From: Gnetum montanum
Taxonomy: Eukaryota > Plantae > Gnetophyta
Assembly: GCA_015680685.1 (NCBI GenBank)
Contig: MNCI01001825.1
Span: 436,195 to 500,194 of the forward strand
Length of the DNA stretch: 64,000 nt
Direction of reading: 5' to 3'
The stretch's first letter is position 1, and every line of letters starts with the position of its first letter. The notes beneath the pieces were generated by a model. The model was not told where the DNA came from and searched no databases. It saw nothing but the letters and a program-made list of their open reading frames with translations. Shown here in pieces: positions 13,697 to 24,443 of this stretch. A program made the translations under genes and the position numbers.

Positions 13697-15550
13697 AAAG
13701 CGATTCAACTTACATACAATGTTAACAAGGGAACATAATCTAAGAAGCACAAAACTTTGCCACATAAGAGCTAACCTCTAAAGGGTGTTGTATTTTATTG
13801 ACTAGACTAGTGCAATATCTAGATAACTAAGCGCTCAATTGCAAGTCACTTAGTGTGTATGATTAAGTGTAATTAAGATCTATGATTTTGATGTTGTTAT
13901 GGCCATAATAAAATATTATTAAAATATAAAAATTAAGTTTTAATTAAGATAATGCAAAAACTAAGGCCAAGCTACACTAGGCGAGAAGCATTTTTTTTTT
14001 TCGGTTTGTTATACACATCTTGGCCTTACATAATAGTCATTGGGTTACCAAGTGCTTACTTGAAATGGTACACGTTATACTTGAAATGGTACACGTTATA
14101 GTCATTGGGTTAAGAGCACTGATGAGAGTACCAAATGGTACACGTTATACTTGAAACCAATCATATTTATGTCACCATAACTATTATGTGATGAGACATA
14201 AATAATTAACTAAGTACATGTAAAGGAAAAGATCAAGGAAATTAAATTGCAATTAAAGAAAGTATTGAACTAAGCCAAGTGCTACAATGAAGGTAAATCA
14301 AGTTTGATTTATTGTTATTCATCAAAATGTATTCAGGTACATGATCACTTGAATAAGATTGTAGCCCATCAATTTAAATTCACATTGTGGGCAGTTTGAT
14401 GACAAATTCTTACTTCTATAGGAACAAAGTACAAAAGCCTCACTACAATTGTGACCAAATAATGTCATAAATGTGGTGGTGTGCGCATTTATATAGGCAT
14501 TTATTGCCTTTACATTGACACAACTTACCCTATGTTGATGTTAATGCATCAACATTACTACGTTAACACAATCAACTGAAGACTATTCATCGATAATGAT
14601 GTGTAAAAAATACTGAGTTACCATACATTTCAAAAATAGTACTACTAGATCATTTCATAGAATATTCCATACATAAAATAGCAATTATCTGCACTAAAAT
14701 ATATCAAAGATATTTAGTCAAATATTCCATAATAAAAACATTCATTTTGATAATAAAATATTCCATAATATGCACTAGATGTCTTTAGACTTTCATTAAA
14801 CCAACATGAAGTTAAAGAAATCTAGCCTAGTAGCCCTTATACCAAGAATTTCAATTTTAAAGAAAAAGTAAGAATCACATGGCTTCAAATGCATAAGCAC
14901 ATTTAAAATTTAAAACCAAGAAACTAAATGCAACCCATTCTTAAAGGTAAGCATTAATGGTTTTAGTAAACAATTTACAAGTTCTAGTAAAAAATGAAGC
15001 CACCTACATTAATGGTTTTACTTTTTAAATAATTTAAAATTAATTTATTTTTAAAAACCACCACACTTATGAACACCTACACTATAAAGATATATTCTAG
15101 AAAACCAACTTCAAACTAGAAATTTTGAATCGTAATTTGCAAAAGTTTTAACCCATATTCCTTTTGAGTTCTTGGTCATAAAAAAACAAAATAGATATAT
15201 GTTTTAGGAGGTTTTTCTAAATGGAGATGTCCAATTTCCAATTCTAAATGAAGTATATTTTGTGTTGATCATAATGTGCTCTCCTTCCAAAGAATCATAT
15301 TCCATCTTATATAGAAAATTTTAATAGTACTTTTTTGTTTTAAATTCAAATTTTACCTATTTCATCAATATTGTTAACTTAAACTTTAAACCTACATAAC
15401 TATTTCATTTTTGAATTTTAGATATCATGTGTTTTAAAGATTAAAACTTACTACGTTAAGGCATGGAAGCAAACAGGCCCAGTGGGATATCGATTTGGGG
15501 CAGCAACAAACCCTGCGGGAGGTCTACCAACACCATACCTCTGGTCATAC

Positions 15551-18500
15551 ATGAAGGTGTTTAGCTAGAATTGCAGGGGACAGGGTACCCCCTACAAAAG
15601 AAATACCCTGCGCAGAATTGTCCGGGATGAAGATTGTGATATTGTTTGTCTCCAGGAGACCAAGTCGCAGGCAACGAAGTCGCACTTCCTCCAATGGGAA
15701 GGCTGATCCACCCACGCGCACCCCTGCTTGGGTCGAGTCGGTGGACTCGCCATTCTGGCCCGCTACACCATGAATCTCATGGACGCATCGCAGTGGGCCA
15801 TCACCGTCCAACTCCCTTCGCAAGGGGTCTGGCTGACTAATTTTTACGACACTTAGAGTTGGGGGGAGCAGTTGCACGAGTTGACCCGGGTGGCGACACT
15901 GGTCCCAGAACATCGATCGTGGATCGTGGTGGGGGACTTCAACCAACGCCTCCACCCTTGGGAGAAGTCTGGGGGGGCTACCCCCCCTCCACAAGGGGTG
16001 TCAGAATTCCAGAATTTTCTGGCAACCTTCTCCCTGATAGATCTGCCCATCGAGAATTGCCGTTTCACGTGGAGTAATCGAAGGAAGGGCCCGGACCGTG
16101 TCCTCACTCGGATTGATCGGGTTTGCGTTGGCATTGATCTTCTACTCCATTCCTCCATCCATGTGTCGGGGCAGGAAAGGGTGGCTTCAGATCACTGTTC
16201 GCTGGCCTGTTTGATCGGGTCGGATAAACCCAAGGCCCCACGATTGTTTCGTTTCAAAGCTGCTTGGTTAGCCAAGCCGTGGCTGAGGCCGTTGGTGGAG
16301 GAGATCTGGGCAGACTACTGGCCCGACCAGGGGGACCCACGGAACTTCCTTAAGGAAGCCTTGCTTCGACTGAAGTGGGCCATCAAGGCCCTACCAGTGG
16401 ATGCAAAGTTCTCCTTTCGAATAAGCCTGCGGACGCTCCGTGGTCAGCTTGGCCAGATCCAGGCCCGACAAAAAGCAGGAGAGGACCTGCACGCAGAGGA
16501 GCAGCACACATTGCGTCAGCTTTTGTCCCTTGACTTGGAAGAGGAGACATACTGGCGACAACGTTCCTACATCCGCTGGATCAGGGAGGGGGATAGGCAG
16601 ACCAGATTCTTTTTTGCCATGGCCAAAACCTGTGGGGGCTGTCATCCACGTTGTCTTCGCAACCAGGATGGAGAGACTACTGATGATCCATAGCGAATTG
16701 CGCATGAGCTGACGCAATACTGGGGCGGAATCTGGGCCAAGCGCCCCACCAGGCCAATCTCGATTCCTGTGCAGCGAGTGTTGACCGAGCACGACAACGT
16801 TCGGCTGCTGACCCCTTTCTCTTGGCAGGAGCTCACGGCTACGATCAATAGCATGCCAAGGGGAAAAGCACCTGGTCCTAATGGCTGGAGCCTTGATTTT
16901 TTAAAAACATTTCTAGATATTGTGAAACCCAATATGCTAGATGTGTTCAATCTCATGCTGGCCAGGAGACAAGTTCGGAGGAAACTCAATTGCTCCTGCA
17001 TTGTGTGCATTCCGAAGCAGTCTGACGCACACCGCCCGGAACACTTCTACCCCATCGGGGTATGCAATGTACTCATCTGGATCTTCTCTAAGCTGCTGGT
17101 GCATCGGCTTGTACCGCTCATGCCCAGGCTTGTGGGGATCAACCAGGCGGGGTTCGTTCAAGGGCAGGCCATTCAGGACCAGATCCTCCTCTTGCAAGAG
17201 GTGATTTATTCGCTTCGAAATTCGGGCTTCCTCAGACTTTGCCTCAAGCTTGATATCTCTAAGGCTTACGACACGCTCAGCTGAGAGGCATTGCAGTCCA
17301 TTATGTACCTGAAGGGGTTTGATCTGCAGTTCATCCGACTTTGCATTCACATGCAGTCATTGACCGGTTTCTCCTTTGATGTGGGGGGGCGGTTATGGGG
17401 CCTCTCCTCCCTTGGGCGGGGGTTGAGGCAAGGGGACCCACTCTCGCCCCTCCTCTTCATCATCGCCATGGACTTAACGTAGCACTACTGCAGCACATTG
17501 GGGGTGGACGGTTTGAACATTGCCGGAGTAGCATGTCGGGCCGAGCACTATGCAGACGATATGATGTTGCTTAGTAGGGCGACGATCCCGCAGGCACGGT
17601 GCATCAACATTGCTTTGTCCCGCCTGGCGGCTGAATTGGGGCTAGAAATCAATAGAACCAAATCCGCAACCCACTTTATTAATGTGGATGAACAAGTTAA
17701 AAATCGGGTGACACAAGTCTTGAATATCTTGCCAGGGGCATACAGTGACACATATTTGGGCATCCCCCTCTTCAGGTGGGGACGGACCACGACGTGGGGC
17801 CTGCTGCTAGAAAAAATCGAAAGAAAAATGAGCCATTGGACGAATAGATTCCTTAGCCGCAAAGGTCACCTGCTTGTGGCCACTGGAATCCTCATGGCAA
17901 TCGCTCGTTTTGTGGTTGCCGTGGCCACCCCCCCAAACGCGGTCATCAATGCAGTTAACACACTGATCCGTAGCTTCGTTTGGGAGGGGGCAAGGGGGGG
18001 CACAAAATCCATTTGGTCCGTTGGGAGCGTGTGGCGTGCCCCCGAAGCGCGGGTGGCTTGGGCATCATGTCATTCGAGGACGAGTTGATGATGGGACAGC
18101 AACAGTTAGTGCTCTGATTTTCATGCCCGCATAGAGAACCGATCCCATGGATCCGCATCATGAATGCCAAATATCTGCATTGGGATTCAGGAGCACGGGA
18201 TTCTAGGCCTTGGCAGGCGCTGTGCCGACATGCTCGTGTGATGCAGACCTCGGGCTGGGGGGGCCTCGAGCCACAGGCCCTTCTGACGGCCAAATACCCC
18301 CAACTGGACTATTGGTTGAGGATCTAGCAGGGGCGGCTGCCCGAAAAAATAAAAATTTTCCTGTGGCTACACAAGAACGATGCGCTGCCCGTACGGGCCC
18401 TGCTGTGGTGGCGCGAAATTCTAAACAGTGATACGTGTCCTACATGCGGCGCTGCTACTGAAACGGTGCAACACTTCGTGGCTGAGTGCCCTTGCATGCA

Positions 18501-20037
18501 CGCCATGTGATGCACGGCGGCAATGCCCCCCCCCCCTCCGAGGCGCCTCACGGGTGACTCTCAGGCCACGCTACTTTTATGGGTAGCGTGGAAGGCATGG
18601 AATAACGTAGTTTTCCGATAGCAGCAGCGCCCACCTCCGCAGTGGCTAGTCTCCCAGGCTTTCATCGCGTGGAAGGAAATCGAGGTGACGATGAGAATCA
18701 CGCCCACTTTCGAACTGGACTACGTTGCCTTCCAGGAGGACGAGGCGCTTTGGCAGATGGTGGCCCAGTGCGGCTGGTCTAACCCTCTACAGCGGCTGGT
18801 CGGGGATCCAGATCTGGCAGACGACGCGTTTTTCTCCAACTGGGTCAACGACCATACCTTCTTCCGCGGGCATGAAATCTGGATTATAGAATCTTCGATT
18901 ACCAGCTGTCTGGGGGCCCTGATCGCTGGAGAGATCATTTTGCCCTCCACCCGCGGCCTCCAGGATGCTGAAATGTTCTTTGATGGCCCCGTCCCTTGAA
19001 CTAGGAGCCGACAAGTGCCCAGATCTTCCCTGTCGCGCCTCTGGGCCCAGGGCGCAGATCTGGTGGACCGATTCTTCGTCCAGTCTAGCAACGCCTCCAA
19101 GTTGCAAGGCCTACACTTCGCCTTCCTGCGCTGTCTCAAGTTGGGTAGCTAGGTCAACCTCCCTCGCTTCTTTAAGGAGGCCCTTAAGCTCAAGCGTTGC
19201 AACCGCCACTCTGGTTTAATTCTGGCGCTCTGGCAGGGGGTGGAGGGGGGGCAACCCCCCCTTGTCCTCTGCCCCCCCCATGGGGGGTCTCTCCAGAGTG
19301 CCCCCCCTCGACTAGGCCACAAGCTACGGCGATGCTCAGGTGGGTGGGTGATTGGCCCCGGTGGGGTTCCTCCGTCACACGGGGTCGAAGGACCCCACGG
19401 GAGCAACGCTCCCCCGAACGCCCTGACAAACTGACTTCCCCCCCCTCCCTGGAGGAACTGGAATGAGGAGCTTCGGCAGGCCACGCAAAGGGCGGCGGAC
19501 GAAGTCCGAGAAGAATGGGAAGCCAAATGGAATGAAGCCCTCACGCAGGCCCAGGCCGACATTGAAGCCCAGGTCACTGAGCGTGAGCAGAAACAGGTTA
19601 AGCAGCAGGAGCTCATGGCTGACGCTGCCAAGGCCCACCTCATTGACGAAATCAGGGTCCAAGTTCAGGAAGAGTTAACCCAAGAAGAGGAGGCCCAGAG
19701 ACGACGTGAGCAAGCGGAGCAAGAGCGGCTCCAAGAGGAGGAAGACCAGTGATAGAGGTAGCTTGACTGCGCCCACAGGCATAATGCTCGACAATGGCTA
19801 TGGGAGGGGCGATGCCCATACCATATTCTTGGCATCAATTGTGAGAGCTCCTAGGCGGAACTTAGACGACACATCCGCAGAACCTCAGCGCACTACCACC
19901 CTGATGCAGGAGCTTCGCAGGAGGACAGGAGTAGACAAGAGTCGACCATGCAGGGTATCCAATTTCATGGACACGGAGGATCATCGAAACACTTTGGATA
20001 TCCTCCACGAGTTGGAGCACCCCAACTGCACCCGCGC
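15551..20037 (+). pseudogene. Disrupted LINE ORF2 polyprotein including the C-terminal extension
   Basis: Domains collinear but broken by point-mutation stops and small indels; ends in an N gap at 20038. Confidence 0.9.
19813..19999 (+). pseudogene. DnaJ/J-domain coding segment at the 3' end of LINE copy 1
   Basis: CPYHILGINCESS*AELRRHIRRTSAHYHPDAGASQEDRSRQESTMQGIQ/(~10 nt deletion)NFMDTEDHRNTLD; HPD at 19897-19905. Confidence 0.85.
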
Positions 20038-20529
20038 NNNNNNNNNNNNNNNNNNNNNNNNNNNNNNNNNNNNNNNNNNNNNNNNNNNNNNNNNNNNNNN
20101 NNNNNNNNNNNNNNNNNNNNNNNNNNNNNNNNNNNNNNNNNNNNNNNNNNNNNNNNNNNNNNNNNNNNNNNNNNNNNNNNNNNNNNNNNCTCGGAGGGGC
20201 CATTCTTGATGGCCCACCGCTTGTAATCTCTTGTAACATACTTTGAGTTCTTGATTAATATTATCCCGACTACTTTCTCAAAAAAGAAAAAGAAAAAAAA
20301 AGGCATGTTTAATTAGCCAAATATGTAATGTTGAATCTTTGTATGTTACCCTTAAAATTAAAAGATTCTTTAGATTTGTGGAAGTAAATTCATAGATGTA
20401 TGAGTGATTTGAATGATTTACTTTTTAAAAGGTCCTAAAACATTTCACATGGAAAGGTGTCATCTTTATTAATCCAAGAACCTAAAGATTCAATATACAT
20501 GTAGATACAAGCACCGACGGATTTAGAAG

Positions 20530-20665
20530 TGCAAACAATGAGGTGTTTGTTTACCAATAAGTCTTAGGTTAGTAACCCTAGGTCCCATGATTGATTCTTG
20601 TAGGCAACACTAAGTTATAAATTTAAAAAAAAAAATTATAAAAGGAATTCTAAAACTAGTTCAAA
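20530..20665 (+). repeat. Degenerate copy of the SINE-like repeat at 37334
   Basis: Shares caatgaggtgtt...gttataaatt, an A-tract and gaattctaaaactagt with 37334-37465. Confidence 0.45.
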
Positions 20666-21137
20666 AAATATATATAAAAAGAAACTAAAAATCATTTTCA
20701 AAATGAATGCATTGCCAATTACACTGGAACACAAATTGTGGTTGATTGTGGTTTTTTTCCTACCTCCATTTGTACCATAGATCACAACAAAGTATAATGC
20801 ATTAGATACCTTATTTGCACGTCATTTTTATTTTACGAGTGCTTTAAGCCCATGTTTAAACTTACTTTTATATTCTTTTCAGTCGTCAAAAGCCAATAAA
20901 CAGATGAACAAAAATAATAAAAAATAAAGGCATGCTCAACGTAAAATGCTTACATTGTTATAATTTTCACTCATATTAATCTGTCCATGTGCATATCCAC
21001 CTAGTTTTAGTATCTTCATGTAGTTAATTTCCATACATTCAAGGATGGCTAACTTTAGTAGCAACTTTACAAATTGAAGTACAGCAAAATAAAAAAACGT
21101 TAAACCTCAATGGACGTTGAGTTGGAAATAACATCAT

Positions 21138-21294
21138 TTAAAGGATGTCCTTATTCTTAAAATGCAACGAATGCTGGCTTGTTTTTGATCCTTCAGAACC
21201 ATCTATTGGAGGCCGCTGCTTAGCTAGAACATCTTCAACAATTTGAACCTTTGTGGGAACCAACATGACATAATTTGGATCGGCTATTTCATAG
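21138..21294 (-). CDS. OM47: OM47-like mitochondrial outer-membrane beta-barrel protein, last exon
   Basis: AG acceptor; (S)YEIADPNYVMLVPTK...KRPP...stop at 21138; matches the recalled family motif SYQRADPNFVMLTP. Confidence 0.8.
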
Positions 21295-22754
21295 CTGGTG
21301 CACAAAAATACAAAAATAATCAATACAAGATATAAGATGATGATGATGATTTATCATTTATCAATGTGCAGTAATAATTCAATTACAAAAAGTCCATCTC
21401 ATCTCAAAGATCTTAACATTTCTTAACATTTAAACCTTTTCTTATCTTATGATGTTTCAACAAATTTTATCAAAGTTATATCCTCTTCAAATACTATTTG
21501 ATGAGAAACAGTTAATTTTAACAACAGATTTCTGCATTCTCAAATGTCTCTGATGTTTTGATGGAGTACACAGTTGCACCAACCACAAGATCAACCAACG
21601 GTTGGTATTGTAAGAATGAAAAATTTAACATTCCCGTAACCCTGGCTCAATGCCAACAATTTTTCTAGTTTACAGTCCAAGACCAACAATATTGTCAGAT
21701 TGCAACAGCAATATGACAATGGCTATTCTCTTAATCATTTATGTAAGCAGAGTCCTAAGTGCCATCATATATTAGATATCAATACATGCCTTGAAAATAA
21801 TTGATGAAAAGGGAATGTATCCTAACAGTCAATTATTAGACCGACAATAACATGTATATATTGCAGGAGGTGTTCGAACATGAGAAGGTGTTCTTTAAAT
21901 AAGAAAACGAGAAAAATAGCTTTGTTACAGTAAATGAGAACTTGAAAACTTGACCTATTATATGCATCTTATTAAAAAAAAACAATGTCCTAAGCTAAAA
22001 TATCTCAGCATCCTCTTTCCATATAGCACGACGCCCTCTCTTCTAACTTGACTCATTTATAATAATTCTCAATGTTTGCTGTACTAGAGCAAAGTCTGCG
22101 AGATTGTTCTACCAAGTTGGGGCTCTCTCTAAAGTTACAAGTCCAGAACCAAGTTCTTGATGACAATGTTCACATAGGCTCTATTATCATTGAAACACAC
22201 ACACATTACCATTGATTCAGGCATTCTACTTTTGCTTCCCCTTCCTAAAGACAACTAGAAATCCCACATTGACAATTAACCTCGTATCTATGTGGCAATT
22301 AGTGAAAAGCCATTCCATGTGAAGAAAAGCAATAACATGTATCGAAGGGCAAAGGAAAGGAGGCGTATGACATCAGCAATTACGCATTATCAAAATTGTC
22401 CCAATATGAAAGGATAAATTTCTGCAAATTACCTAAGAACTCGCTAACTTTCAACAGCACTTATAATAAGCCAAAAGATATCAAGGTCATTGTATTAGCA
22501 GCAGCAGCGTCAATGGCAACCGGCAGTTTTGCATATCCTGAACTTGAGGTTGCCAAGTTAACCACCAACCTCCTGTGGTTGACATAGACACCATGCCAAG
22601 ACACATTTGAACGATTTTTTTACTAAAAGAATCAAACATGATTGAATGAAACTAAAAGAAAATGCAAAAAACAAACATTTAATGATGTCATTCCATGAAT
22701 TGGTGCATAGGAAAAGTTAAAACAGTTTTATTTTATACAACAAAGGGATTCCAA

Positions 22755-22759
<5 letters not shown>

Positions 22760-22808
<49 letters not shown>
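22760..22808. repeat. (CT)n microsatellite
   Basis: Direct reading. Confidence 0.97.
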
Positions 22809-22813
<5 letters not shown>

Positions 22814-23663
22814 TTTTTCTCTTTTCTGTCCTTCCTAAAAGAAACATCAAAATGAGAGATGTCTTTGGCATTTTTGTCTTCAGCAGCAGAAGAAGTACCA
22901 TTTTCTTTATTTTTATTCTCCTAGAACATGACCCTTAAACTCTATGTTTTTTATTTGCTCGACAGAAACATATAACATATTTTTTTGAATGGCAAAAACA
23001 TTTCACACCACATGAACTGCAGGAAAGATGAATCAAGCATCTCTATTGGTACGGAGAAGTGATCTTTTTACTTGTGTCTAGGTTGATTTAATAGAATTTA
23101 ATGAAGACTACAATGCACCTAGTCATGCTGATACTGCAATTGATTAAGTCATTCTGTGTTATAACCTTTCCACATGTTGCTGTAGATGATGACATCTGGC
23201 TTAATGGATTTGTAAATGCAATTCATGAAAGTTTTTTCCTATCTACAACAACCATTAAAAAACATTATTATAACCTCATTCAATGCCACCAAAGACCTAT
23301 TGCTACTTCTTTTGGATCCTTGATTGTTATAATCTCATTCAATGCCACCAAAGACCTATTGCTACTTCCTTTTGGATCCTTGCTTGTATTTGTATTTTCT
23401 TCTGCCAAAGATTCATCAATCCCAACAAATTTCCCTTCCCCACCAATTTGTTCGATGTTTGAAAGCAATGCATCTAGATAAACATTTTTGCAAAAATTAT
23501 ACGACAACATAGTGCTTTGAAATTCAATTGTGGAATGGAATATAATTATTTGACAATTGCGAACCAAAGAATTTGTCACAATGCAAAATGGGAATTGGAG
23601 AACCATGTTGCATCCCGGATGTTTTTCTTTACTCTTCTACATTGCTTACAATAAAATTCTATT

Positions 23664-23836
23664 CCATCAAATCCAGAATGATGGCGCATTCACATTTCTT
23701 TCTTGCAGGAATCACAACTCTCCCCATCAAATCCAGAATGATGGTTCATTCACATTTCTTTCTTGCAGGAATTACAACTCTTTTCATCAAATCTAGAATG
23801 ATGGTCCATTCACATTTCTTTCTTGCAGAGATCACA
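23664..23836. repeat. 60-bp tandem repeat, about 3 copies, inside Merlin copy A
   Basis: catcaaatc(c/t)agaatgatgg..cattcacatttctttcttgcag recurs with period 60. Confidence 0.9.
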
Positions 23837-24443
23837 CTTTCTTGTTGCAGGCAGTAAACCAAGACATTGATAAAACTGCATACATTTCTCCATGGTCATA
23901 GTAAGCCTAATGAAATCATCCTTGCAAATATAGAGCTGTGATGAGACAGTGCAACAATGTTCTGTTCCTACACAACTGTACTCTGTTCTTGCATCATTTT
24001 GTTGTTAAGAGGAAGAGGCTACTAGAGAAAACAAACAGGAAAACAACATGATGCAAATATGCAAGATAAAAGATAAAGAATGCTACTGCATTTTATTTTA
24101 TAAGTCATCTATATTTCACTTGGTGCTGTTTTAAATATTCCTGATAGCAAATTGCTATAGGTAGCAACAGCATTATTTCAAATTGCTATAGGTAGCAATG
24201 GCAGTATTTCATTCTACCGAAAATCAAAATACAAAGTTAAACTTAGAGTGTCATTACCTTTAGCGAATGTAAAATAAAAATACGAAAAGCACGTCTTTAT
24301 GCATTATAAATGTCCACCAATTAACTACAAGTGGCCAATTAACCACCTGTGCTTAATCTGCCCACCCAAAGTTTAATCTTGTTGTACATGTCCACCAATT
24401 AACCACAGGTGTTTAACTTGACCACCTAAAGTTCAATCTTGCC

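Larger units (their letters stand above)
15466..20299 (+). mobile_element. L1-clade LINE copy 1, 5'-truncated near the end of ORF1, with extended ORF2 (APE-RT-zf-RVT-accessory domain-coiled coil-J-domain)
   Basis: TSD AAGGCATG at 15458-15465 and 20300-20307; A-rich tail; ORF2 ATG 15551; APE motifs CLQETK, GDFN, RIDRV, SDH; RT KLDISKAYD, RQGDPLSP, HYADD; zf-RVT CPTC...ETVQHFVAEC. Confidence 0.95.
22530..24443 (-). mobile_element. Degenerate Merlin/ISXO2 (IS1016-like) DNA transposon, copy A
   Basis: Minus strand DGIEFYCKQCRRVKKNIRDATWFSNSH and IGGEGKFVGIDES; right end reads GGCAAGATTGAACTTTAGGTGGTCAAGTTAAAC on the minus strand, with a degenerate inverted partner at about 22531-22580. Confidence 0.75.

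Noticed and set aside
19706-20209. ORF-track ORF MSKRSKSG... and the similar 47778-48125 ORF as a separate ORF3
   Set aside because: Off-frame reading of the J-domain; silent-site pattern and motif match favour the other frame
23664-23836. CRISPR-like regularly spaced repeats
   Set aside because: A plain tandem repeat with no unique spacers, in eukaryotic DNA with no cas genes
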